Both the position numbers and the translations under genes were made by a program. A stretch of 64,000 nt of DNA from IMG/VR virus record IMGVR_UViG_3300036790_000468, positions 1 through 64,000 of that record, one strand, 5' to 3'. Below, piece after piece: positions 9,227 through 17,098 of this stretch. How positions within the stretch are numbered: position 1 is the stretch's first letter; each line of letters starts with the position of its first letter. The notes under the pieces were generated by a model. The model made no database searches. It was not told where the DNA came from and was given only the letters and a program-made list of their open reading frames with translations. This stretch comes from a virus.

Positions 9227-9595
9227 ATGACCGTCTCCATCACGCTCCCATGCGTGCCCGAATACGTGGCCGTCCTCCGCGCGATCGCAGACCGGCTCTT
9301 CGCCCCCATAGACCGCGGCTACGACGCTGCGCTCGTCACATCCGAACTCGCGGGCAACTCCACCCGCCACTCCCGCTCGCGGCACGGCGGCTCCCTCCAG
9401 GTCTCATTCGAGGTCGGTGAGCACTCGGGACGGATCGAGGTGGTCGATGCGGGCCCCGATGCCGAGCCCGTCCCGTCCTACGAAGCCGACGAGCACGGCC
9501 GTGGCTTGATCCAGATCGTGGACCACGTCGCCGAGAAGTGGGGCCACGACGTGGATGCGGGGCGGCACGTCTGGTGGGCGGAGCTGTCCTGGTGA
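9227..9595 (+). CDS. HATPase_c ATP-binding protein (RsbW/AbaA-like)
   Basis: SELAGNSTRH, VVDAG and EHGRGL boxes. Confidence 0.85.
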   Translation: MTVSITLPCVPEYVAVLRAIADRLFAPIDRGYDAALVTSELAGNSTRHSRSRHGGSLQVSFEVGEHSGRIEVVDAGPDAEPVPSYEADEHGRGLIQIVDHVAEKWGHDVDAGRHVWWAELSW

Positions 9596-9810
9596 CCTAC
9601 CGCAGGATCCGTGGCGCCGAGCACACCGAGGTCACCGACACCGAGGCCACCACCGCATGGTGCTCGACGCCGCACGACTGCCGCATGGGACAGGACGGCG
9701 GCAGCTTCATCATCTTCCAGCGCGACGCCCGCGGCTACCTGACCAGCCCGACGATCTACAAGCCCGTCAACCAGGGGGACCCCGAATGCGCATCCGACCC
9801 AGACACCTGA
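9592..9810 (+). CDS. Hypothetical protein
   Basis: GTGA overlap with the upstream stop. Confidence 0.45.
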   Translation: MTYRRIRGAEHTEVTDTEATTAWCSTPHDCRMGQDGGSFIIFQRDARGYLTSPTIYKPVNQGDPECASDPDT

Positions 9811-10274
9811 CACCGCTACTCGCCACCACCGCCGTGCTCGCCACCACCGCGGCGGCCTGCGGATCGAGCGGACCCACACCGGCCGAGCACGTCACCACGA
9901 ACATCAGCATCCAGAACCCCGGCTCGGCCAAGAAGTGCACGATGACGCTGCGGATGCTTTCCCCCCAGGACAAGCAGCTGACCGCGAGCTTGACCGTGAC
10001 CTGCGACTTCCCCGTCGCCTCCATGTACACCACCCTCGTCATCCAGGGACGCCCGACCGGCTCCGGCGACACGGCGTGGCAGAACGTGGACGAGCCGGCG
10101 ACCACCGCCGACACCCCGCCGGCGGTCCTCACCTTCACCTACAACTGCGTCACCGGCTACGACTTCCAGGCCTCGGCCTCGATCGACGGCTCCGGCGCGG
10201 ACGGCAGCCCGTTCACCGCGACCCAGACCACTACCCCCCGCTCCTACGGCGCGTCAGAATGTAGCGGGAAGTAG
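9786..10274 (+). CDS. Putative lipoprotein
   Basis: Signal peptide with lipobox AAAC-GSS; paired Cys in a beta-rich body. Confidence 0.7.
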   Translation: MRIRPRHLTPLLATTAVLATTAAACGSSGPTPAEHVTTNISIQNPGSAKKCTMTLRMLSPQDKQLTASLTVTCDFPVASMYTTLVIQGRPTGSGDTAWQNVDEPATTADTPPAVLTFTYNCVTGYDFQASASIDGSGADGSPFTATQTTTPRSYGASECSGK

Positions 10275-10296
10275 CCGCGAGAACGGAGCAGCAGAC

Positions 10297-10629
10297 ATGG
10301 CCCGGTACCGCATCGAAGCCACCTGGGACGACGACGGCGTGCGCCTCCAATACGGCCGGGCCACCCGGATCCCGCCCGAGCACGAGGCCCGCATGCGCGA
10401 ACGCGGGATGCTCGGGCCCGACGACGAGCCCGTCAGCATCCAGCAGCTCGGACAGTCGCACATCACCGACAAGGCGCAGATGACCAACAAACACGTCCGG
10501 CGCACCGCGCTCGCGTGGCTGGCCGAGCACGCCGGCATGACCGACGCCGACTCGTACGAGATGCAGCTCGCCGTCCGCTCACACCTCGAGGCCCTCGGCC
10601 GGCTCGAAGCATCCACCGCAGGACACTGA
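10297..10629 (+). CDS. Hypothetical protein
   Basis: RBS GGAG; same operon. Confidence 0.6.
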   Translation: MARYRIEATWDDDGVRLQYGRATRIPPEHEARMRERGMLGPDDEPVSIQQLGQSHITDKAQMTNKHVRRTALAWLAEHAGMTDADSYEMQLAVRSHLEALGRLEASTAGH

Positions 10630-10643
10630 CCCAGGAAGGCACC

Positions 10644-10844
10644 ATGACGACGCACACCGGCAGCCCCGAGCCGTCCAGCACGACCGGCGATGCCGTCTCC
10701 TCCGCGGTCGGCGACCTGCGCGACGCGCCGATGAGCACGCTGATCGAGGGCCGATCGACCGAGGCTGAAGCCGTGATCGGGCGGGTCCTGGACCTCGAGG
10801 GCTCGGGGTTGTTGACGGTGGCCTCGTTCAACGCGTCGATCTAG
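10644..10844 (+). CDS. FxSxx-COOH-like (FxsA) cyclophane RiPP precursor peptide, orphan
   Basis: 66 aa; leader GDLRDAPMSTL...AVIGRVL; C-terminus VASFNASI; RBS AGGAAGG. Confidence 0.75.
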   Translation: MTTHTGSPEPSSTTGDAVSSAVGDLRDAPMSTLIEGRSTEAEAVIGRVLDLEGSGLLTVASFNASI

Positions 10845-10959
10845 TCGCCAGCAACGCCCGTCCCATCGCGCGGGAGGGGGGTTCGCGTCCCGGCAGTACC
10901 GATCACGGGGCACCAGGTGTACCGTGACTCTCCGTCAGCCGAGCTGAGCAGGGGGATCC

Positions 10960-11292
10960 GTGGCCATCTTGAGAGACCGCTTCCCAGAGTCACCCGGCGC
11001 CGCGTTACGCCGCGCCGAGAGCCTCCGCTTTGACGAGGTCAACCGGCAGATCACGCGCATGCGCACACGACTGAACCTCGGCCTCATCACCGAGGCCCAC
11101 TTCCAGGGCGAGGCCAAGGCGCTCATAGAGTCGCTTGAGGGCTGGGCGCCCCCCGAGCCGCAGGACGCCAGGCCACCCGGCTTCCGGTACCGCTCCTTCA
11201 TCGGCCAGCGCCGTACCCCTGCCGACCCCAGGCCCCCCGCAGACGCCACGGCCCCACGCGTCAATGATGAGCCGTCAGCGCCCACACGATGA
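10960..11292 (+). CDS. Hypothetical protein
   Basis: RBS GGGGGA; upstream TACCGT -10-like hexamer. Confidence 0.5.
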   Translation: MAILRDRFPESPGAALRRAESLRFDEVNRQITRMRTRLNLGLITEAHFQGEAKALIESLEGWAPPEPQDARPPGFRYRSFIGQRRTPADPRPPADATAPRVNDEPSAPTR

Positions 11293-11542
11293 AACCCTCG
11301 GCCGCCGAGAGCACCCCGGACACCCCGATCGCGACCCCGACGGCCTTCGCCACCTTCCGATCCAGGCCGTCGACGCGGCCGGTTAGGCGCGACATGGCGT
11401 CACGCTGATCCCGCTCGGCCTGCGCTGACGTACGGTCCCTCTCGGAGAAAACCATCATCTCCCCCTTCACCGTCGCGAAACCGACCTCCACCGTACGCTG
11501 GAGATCGGCGAGGCGGGCCTCGAGCGGCGATTCCGCACTCAC
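11261..11542 (-). CDS. Lysis-cassette membrane protein (holin-like)
   Basis: Coiled coil plus C-terminal TM, directly after the lysin. Confidence 0.6.
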   Translation of the reverse strand: MSAESPLEARLADLQRTVEVGFATVKGEMMVFSERDRTSAQAERDQRDAMSRLTGRVDGLDRKVAKAVGVAIGVSGVLSAAEGFIVWALTAHH

Positions 11543-11543
11543 G

Positions 11544-12233
11544 TCACACCGCGCTCTTTCCGGTCGCTGCCGCCTGAATCGAGGCGAGCTCGGCCGACGT
11601 GATGTGCGCCTGCTTCACGCCGGCCGCCTGGTACGCCGCGAGCGAAGTCGGGTCGGCGATGTGCCAGAGCAGGCCGCCGGACAGGCCGTAGACGGGGCTC
11701 TCGCCGTTCACGTACAGGATCAGCATCTCTATCTCCTCAGTCGGTGCAGGTGCGGGGACTGGCGCGGGGTCGAGTCCCGGCCAGTAGTCGGCCACCGACG
11801 AGACGTCGTAGCCGGGGTGGTTCGCGTACTGCTTCGCCATCGCGCCGGCCGGGATCGCCGGGTTCCCGTCATACTGCGCGATCCAGTAGTGCGGCGGGCG
11901 CACGTCGTGCGTGGCGAACGCGGAGCGCACCGCCGCCCAGCTCGAGGAGTTGCAGTACACCGACGGGTCCGCGCCGGCCGCGCGGCGCATCAGCACCCAG
12001 TTCACGGCCTCCTCCGGCGTGGCGTCCCCGGTCTCGACATCCAGCACGGACCCGGAGTCCGTCGAGGCGTGCACGGCGATGTGCACGTGGACCGAGTTCG
12101 GGAACAGCGCCCAGTCCGCGGCGGACCAGGCGTAGTCGCCGTCGTCGTAGCCTGCGACGAGCCTGATCGCCGTGGGGATCCGGGCGATACCGGGCGCGTC
12201 CTGGGCGATGCCGTCGAACATGATGCGCGTCAT
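11544..12233 (-). CDS. Endolysin, GH25/DUF1906-like muramidase
   Basis: VLDVETGDA, VYCN, YWIAQYDG and KQY motifs; RBS GAAGGAG. Confidence 0.8.
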   Translation of the reverse strand: MTRIMFDGIAQDAPGIARIPTAIRLVAGYDDGDYAWSAADWALFPNSVHVHIAVHASTDSGSVLDVETGDATPEEAVNWVLMRRAAGADPSVYCNSSSWAAVRSAFATHDVRPPHYWIAQYDGNPAIPAGAMAKQYANHPGYDVSSVADYWPGLDPAPVPAPAPTEEIEMLILYVNGESPVYGLSGGLLWHIADPTSLAAYQAAGVKQAHITSAELASIQAAATGKSAV

Positions 12234-12246
12234 CGGCACTCCTTCA

Positions 12247-12262
12247 TCGAACATCTGTTCGA
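12247..12262. promoter_or_regulatory. LexA (SOS) box at the lysin promoter
   Basis: TCGAAC-ATCT-GTTCGA, a perfect actinobacterial consensus, abutting a minus-strand TACAAT. Confidence 0.8.
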
Positions 12263-12270
12263 ATTGTAGG

Positions 12271-13341
12271 TCACCAGCGGCGCTCGGAGACGAACCCGTT
12301 GCACGTGATAGACACGGCGTTCGCCGAAGGTGTGGCGCCGAGGACGAACTGCTCGCTCGCCGCGCTCGACACGGACACCGAGGCGGCCTGCGCCAGCGAG
12401 AAGGAGAGGAACGACATATGGTCGTAGAGCATCACGCTCACGGTCCCGCTGGTCTCGCACATGATCTCCGCCTCGACCCACCACGCCTGGTTCGTCACCG
12501 CCCCGCTGCTGTTGGGGTTCTGCGCGCCGGAGGCGACCAGCAGCGTCCCTGAGACGCCGCCCCAGTACAGCCCCAGGTTGACCGTCTGCGTGTTCGCGGT
12601 CGTCGTCAGCACGCCCCATGCGCGGAACCGGAACACCTGTCCCACCGCGAGCCCGGACGCCGGCACCGTCAGCCCCGCCGCGAGCAGGGTTGCCACCGTC
12701 ACGCCGGTGACGGTGGTCGAGCTCGTCGGGGTCACCGGCGCCCACGTGAACCCCAGGCCGCCCTGGGAGACCGGCAGCGCCGCAGTCAGGTGGGTGGCAA
12801 CGACGTGAGGGGCAGCCGCGGTGCCGCCGAGGTCGGTGCCCAGCTGCAGCGCGCCCTGGGCGCCGGCGGTGGCGGCCGGCAGCTGCCCGGCCGAGGCCGT
12901 GCCGGAGATCTGGGAGAAGGAGTAGTCGTTCGGCGCCGCGACCACCGCGCCGGTGCGCCCGAACACAGAGGAGACCGCCCCGGAGCCGGACGCGGGGTTC
13001 GCGTTCGCCGTCTCGTACCAGGTGCCCTGCGACAGGCAGTACTGCAGCAGTACCCCCTGCATCAGGGCCGTGAGCTGGATGCTCGTCGTCCCTGGCACGT
13101 TGATGACGTCGCTGCCGCCCGCGGCAATCGTTACCGCGTTGCTGCCGGTCTGGGCGATGAGCAGGACGTCCACGAGGGTCTGGTCCGGCGGAGCGGTCGG
13201 CAGCGTCGCCGTGAGCGCGCCCGAGGCGGTGGAGACGGGGTAGAACGCGGAGGTGGCACCGGCGGTGAACGACGTGGTCTGCGCCGACGCCGCCGGGACC
13301 GCGTACATGCGGTCGCTCGCCCCGTACACGGTGGCCGTCAT
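12271..13341 (-). CDS. Minor tail / fibre-like protein
   Basis: Gly/Thr/Ala-rich, VSSVFGRTGAV motif, last gene of the tail module. Confidence 0.7.
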   Translation of the reverse strand: MTATVYGASDRMYAVPAASAQTTSFTAGATSAFYPVSTASGALTATLPTAPPDQTLVDVLLIAQTGSNAVTIAAGGSDVINVPGTTSIQLTALMQGVLLQYCLSQGTWYETANANPASGSGAVSSVFGRTGAVVAAPNDYSFSQISGTASAGQLPAATAGAQGALQLGTDLGGTAAAPHVVATHLTAALPVSQGGLGFTWAPVTPTSSTTVTGVTVATLLAAGLTVPASGLAVGQVFRFRAWGVLTTTANTQTVNLGLYWGGVSGTLLVASGAQNPNSSGAVTNQAWWVEAEIMCETSGTVSVMLYDHMSFLSFSLAQAASVSVSSAASEQFVLGATPSANAVSITCNGFVSERRW

Positions 13342-13348
13342 GATCCTC

Positions 13349-13642
13349 CTAGACCGGGGTTCCGGCGACGATGTAGGTCTGGCCCACCGGGATCAGCAGC
13401 ACGGTGGCCCCCGCGGTCGGGGTGTAGCTCGAAAGGTGCTGGAGCGGGCCGATGCTCTGGCCGTTGAGTACGACGGTCGGGTCGCCGCTGACGTAGCCGG
13501 AGCTGATCGTGGCCAGGTAGGGGACCACAAAGTTGCCGGTATCCAGGACCTGGCAGCGCTGCTCGAGACGGCGCACACGCGCCACGAGGGTGCTGATGAG
13601 CTTGCCGAAGCGGTCGGCAACCGGCACCGGGAACTGGGGCAT
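13349..13642 (-). CDS. Minor tail protein
   Basis: Coiled coil plus a small beta domain (SYTPTAGATVL). Confidence 0.65.
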   Translation of the reverse strand: MPQFPVPVADRFGKLISTLVARVRRLEQRCQVLDTGNFVVPYLATISSGYVSGDPTVVLNGQSIGPLQHLSSYTPTAGATVLLIPVGQTYIVAGTPV

Positions 13643-13643
13643 C

Positions 13644-14861
13644 TCACATCACCTGCCCGATCGCGCCCTGGGAACTGGAGCCGAGCAGCGCGCCGAGAGT
13701 GACCGTGACCTTCTCGGTCTGGTTCTCCGCGGGCGGCACCAGCTCCCAGCCGGTAACGCGCCCGGTGATCTGTAGTCCCGGGGCGCCGGTCACGGGGTCC
13801 GCGGGGTCGAGCGAGGATGATGCGGCGAACGCCGCGGAGTCCCCGAGCCCGATGGTGCGCAGCAGCGGCGCGGTGCCCCCGCCGAGCACCACGCTCGGGA
13901 GCATCGTCCCGGCCGTGTACTGTCCGAGGAGGGCCTGGACGTACTGGTTGATCTGCGCCTGGGAGGTGACTCCGACCCCTGGCCAGGTCACGGCGACCTG
14001 CTGGAGCGGCAGGCCGTTGTCCAGGTCGATGTTGTCCACCCCGTAGGGCGCCCCCGAGTTGTAGGTCGCCCCGGAGCCGTTCGCGGCAGAGGTGCCCACG
14101 AGCCAGTTCGCCCCGTTCGAGCCCATCGTCGGGCGCGCGTAGTTGATCACGTTCCCGGGGAAGTTGAACGCCTGTACCGGCGGGCTCGCGTTGTACTGAC
14201 CCAGCGCCGGATAGCCCAGGCGCAGCAGCCACCCGAACGCCCCCATGGGCAGCGGCTGCGGCTCGAACGTGAACTCGAACCCGTCGGCGGTCGCCGTCCC
14301 CGTCAGGGCGTCGAGCACCTGCTGCTCGTCGGAGAACGTCCCGTAGTACGAATCACCCCCGGCCTGCAGAGTGTTACTCACGCCGAAGGTGAGAGTGTCG
14401 GTTGTCCCAGACTCGCCGCTCATGTACGACAGCCCCGCGATCTGCGCGTTGGGGCCGATCGAGGGGGAGGTGGCGTACTGGACGAGGCTGCGCGCGATGT
14501 CGAAGACGTCCGTGTTGGTGAAGCTCAGGCCACCGGTGATCAGCCGGTACTGCAGCAGCCCCTCGATCGTGACCGCGCTGAACGGCAGCTGGTTGTCCAG
14601 GATGCTCTCGTGCGGGGTGTCCAGGAGCCAGCCGCCCCACACCGGATAGCCGTCCTGCAGGATCCACAGCACCGCCTTGCGCGGAGTGAGCGCCTGGATG
14701 CTGCCCAGATCCAACGCCCGCACCCCCTGCAGCGGCAGGTGGCCCGAGGCGCGCCCGACACCGGAGAGGAGCCTGCTTGCGGAATTCACCACCAGCGGCA
14801 GCGAGTCGCCCATCACCTGCCCGGTGAGGATGTTCGTCGTGATGTATCGGTAGGTGCTCAC
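13644..14861 (-). CDS. Minor tail protein (baseplate hub/Tal, ReqiPepy6 gp37-like)
   Basis: Probable start VSTYRYITTNILTG; NFPGNVINY and LGD...RVTGW motifs. Confidence 0.75.
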   Translation of the reverse strand: MSTYRYITTNILTGQVMGDSLPLVVNSASRLLSGVGRASGHLPLQGVRALDLGSIQALTPRKAVLWILQDGYPVWGGWLLDTPHESILDNQLPFSAVTIEGLLQYRLITGGLSFTNTDVFDIARSLVQYATSPSIGPNAQIAGLSYMSGESGTTDTLTFGVSNTLQAGGDSYYGTFSDEQQVLDALTGTATADGFEFTFEPQPLPMGAFGWLLRLGYPALGQYNASPPVQAFNFPGNVINYARPTMGSNGANWLVGTSAANGSGATYNSGAPYGVDNIDLDNGLPLQQVAVTWPGVGVTSQAQINQYVQALLGQYTAGTMLPSVVLGGGTAPLLRTIGLGDSAAFAASSSLDPADPVTGAPGLQITGRVTGWELVPPAENQTEKVTVTLGALLGSSSQGAIGQVM

Positions 14862-15898
14862 GATGCCGCCGCTTTCACGATGATCCGGCCTTGGTCGAGT
14901 GCGAAGTTTCCGGCGCCCTGGTTCTGGATCTGCAGGCTGTAGGTGTAGGTGCCCGCGGCGGGGGTGGGGTCGAACGTGCTGAAACCACCGCCGTTCAACG
15001 TGCTGTTGGTGCCCGAGCAGACCGCCACAATGTCGTTGATCAGGGAGGATCCCCGGAAGATGCCTATGGTGCAGCCGGTTCCGTTCCCGGTGGATGAGGT
15101 CGAGATGTACTTGAACGAGGCCGTGATCTCCACGTTCGTGTTGCCGTCGACGGTCACGCTGGCGGAGGTGGCGGTGACCCACGTCGCGGAGGTTGCGGTC
15201 GCGTTTCCCGGTGTGCTGGCGATGGTGGCGAACGCGGCGACGGACGGCGCGACCATGGCAGTGCCGTTGAAATATTTCAGACGGTTGAGTGATACGTCCA
15301 GGACGAAGCCCTTCGGCCCGACCGAGGGGTAGAAGCCGCTGTTGAGCACCGAGACGATGCCCCCGGCCCCGGCGAGGAACGGGCGCTGGTCCGTCAGGCT
15401 TCCTGACGTCAGCGTGGTCTGGTTCGCGTTCACGAGGACGTAGCAGAGGGTGAGGCTGTTCGCCGGCAGCGTCGCGGGCGCGGGACTGGCGGCGGCCGTC
15501 CCGGTGACGATCTGCACCACCGCAGTGCTCGAGGAACTGCCGAGGTCGGTGATCGTGACCGCCACGGTGTCGATGCGCGGGTTGACCGTGTCCGCAGTGG
15601 TGCACGTCAGGGTCGCGGTGCCGTCCAGGGTCGCGCCATATGCCCCGCTGTCCGCCGCGGCACTCCCCTGGATGGCCACGCAGCCGCTCTGGACGGAGAC
15701 TGACAGGCCCGAGGTGACCGCAGCCTGCAGGGGACTGCCGGCGCCGTCGCGCACGCCGGAGCGCACGGCCAACTGGCTGCTGGAGGAGGCGCCCACGGCC
15801 GAGAGCAGCATCGAGTGCTGGGACAGGCGCATGTCCTGGGCTGCGACGGTCAGCCCGTCGCCCCAGACGAACGCGCGCATCGGTGCGCTGGTAGCCAT
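14858..15898 (-). CDS. Minor tail protein
   Basis: ADTVNPRIDTV and TDQRPF actinophage tail motifs. Confidence 0.75.
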   Translation of the reverse strand: MATSAPMRAFVWGDGLTVAAQDMRLSQHSMLLSAVGASSSSQLAVRSGVRDGAGSPLQAAVTSGLSVSVQSGCVAIQGSAAADSGAYGATLDGTATLTCTTADTVNPRIDTVAVTITDLGSSSSTAVVQIVTGTAAASPAPATLPANSLTLCYVLVNANQTTLTSGSLTDQRPFLAGAGGIVSVLNSGFYPSVGPKGFVLDVSLNRLKYFNGTAMVAPSVAAFATIASTPGNATATSATWVTATSASVTVDGNTNVEITASFKYISTSSTGNGTGCTIGIFRGSSLINDIVAVCSGTNSTLNGGGFSTFDPTPAAGTYTYSLQIQNQGAGNFALDQGRIIVKAAAS

Positions 15899-15901
15899 AG
15901 G

Positions 15902-17098
15902 TCACATCCATGCGTCGGAGTAGGTGATGGTCATGGAGCTGCCGGCATAGTCGGCGCCTGCCAGGACGATGGAGCTGGCCCCGGGTGCCAGGCGCCACCA
16001 GGCGGAAGAGACGTCCGCAGCGATGGGCTGGCCATTGATGGTGGCGACGCGGTTGAGCAGATCGACGACGAGTTGCTCGGTGGCGCTCAGGGTGAGCCCC
16101 GAGAAAGAGATGATCATTCCGCTGGTCTGGTTGTAGAGCGCCGGGCCCGTGATCGGCCCGGTGATCGTCACCAGGGGCCCGGTGCCGAAATTGCCGTTGT
16201 TCGTAGCCATGATCGACGCGGATGCGGCCTGCGCGGGCGGCGTGAGGGGCGGCGTGAGGGGCGGTGTGATCCCGAGCATCTGCCCCGCCGCCGTAGCACT
16301 CTGCGTGTACACGCTCGTGCCGTACTTGCGCGGGTCCGGCGCGATCAGACCGATCGTGAAGATGACGTCGAGCAGCGTTGGATACGACTCGTGCAGCACC
16401 CCAGAACGGCGCACCTGCATCGTCTTGGGTACCGGCTCGTTGTAGACGAACGTCGCCAGCTGGTTCGGCGGCACGCTCGCCTGCAGCAGCGCCCGGGCCG
16501 TGTCGCGCAGCGCCTGCGAAGCGGCTGCCGCGTGCACTGTCACCGTGAGCGGGCGCGGCCCGTAGTATTGCGGGGTCGCATACCCGCCGTGGTCCCCGGC
16601 GCGCTGCACCACGCCGCCCGAGGTAGGCACCCCGTCCAGACCGGTGACGGACTGCACCATCCACGCAGTGCCGTTCGCATCCACCGAACCCAGCGGCACG
16701 CGGTGCGGCCCGTAGGAGAGCGAACCGGTCCAGTACCCGACGTCGGAGGAGCCGGTGGCCGGCCCCACCCCGATGATGATGTTCTCGGTGCCGTACACCG
16801 GCGCCGAACCGGCCGTCACGGCAATCGTCCAGGTGGCCACGTACGTGCCCGGCGCGGCGCCGGACGGGATCTGCCACGCATACGCGTAGAGCCCCACCCC
16901 GCTGCGGTAGACCTGGCCGCCAGTGGGCACCGACGCCCCGACGTAGAGGAACGGGCCTGCGACATCGCTGGACCCGGTGCCGTAGGTGATGTCCAGCTGG
17001 ACGCTGGCCGGGTCGATCAGGACGCCGGAGGGCCCATCCTCGTTGTAGACCGCACACGGCAGCGTGACCGGCTGCCCCGGCAGTGCATAGATCGTCAC
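15902..17098 (-). CDS. Distal tail protein (Dit) with N-terminal extension
   Basis: Follows TMP; GPRPLTVT, LIAPDPRKY, WWRLAPG and YSDAW motifs. Confidence 0.8.
   Translation of the reverse strand: MTIYALPGQPVTLPCAVYNEDGPSGVLIDPASVQLDITYGTGSSDVAGPFLYVGASVPTGGQVYRSGVGLYAYAWQIPSGAAPGTYVATWTIAVTAGSAPVYGTENIIIGVGPATGSSDVGYWTGSLSYGPHRVPLGSVDANGTAWMVQSVTGLDGVPTSGGVVQRAGDHGGYATPQYYGPRPLTVTVHAAAASQALRDTARALLQASVPPNQLATFVYNEPVPKTMQVRRSGVLHESYPTLLDVIFTIGLIAPDPRKYGTSVYTQSATAAGQMLGITPPLTPPLTPPAQAASASIMATNNGNFGTGPLVTITGPITGPALYNQTSGMIISFSGLTLSATEQLVVDLLNRVATINGQPIAADVSSAWWRLAPGASSIVLAGADYAGSSMTITYSDAWM

Noticed and set aside
13644-17057. 1137-aa ORF as a single protein
   Set aside because: The N-terminal two-thirds is an off-frame overlap of Dit and a minor tail gene; the probable start is 14861.
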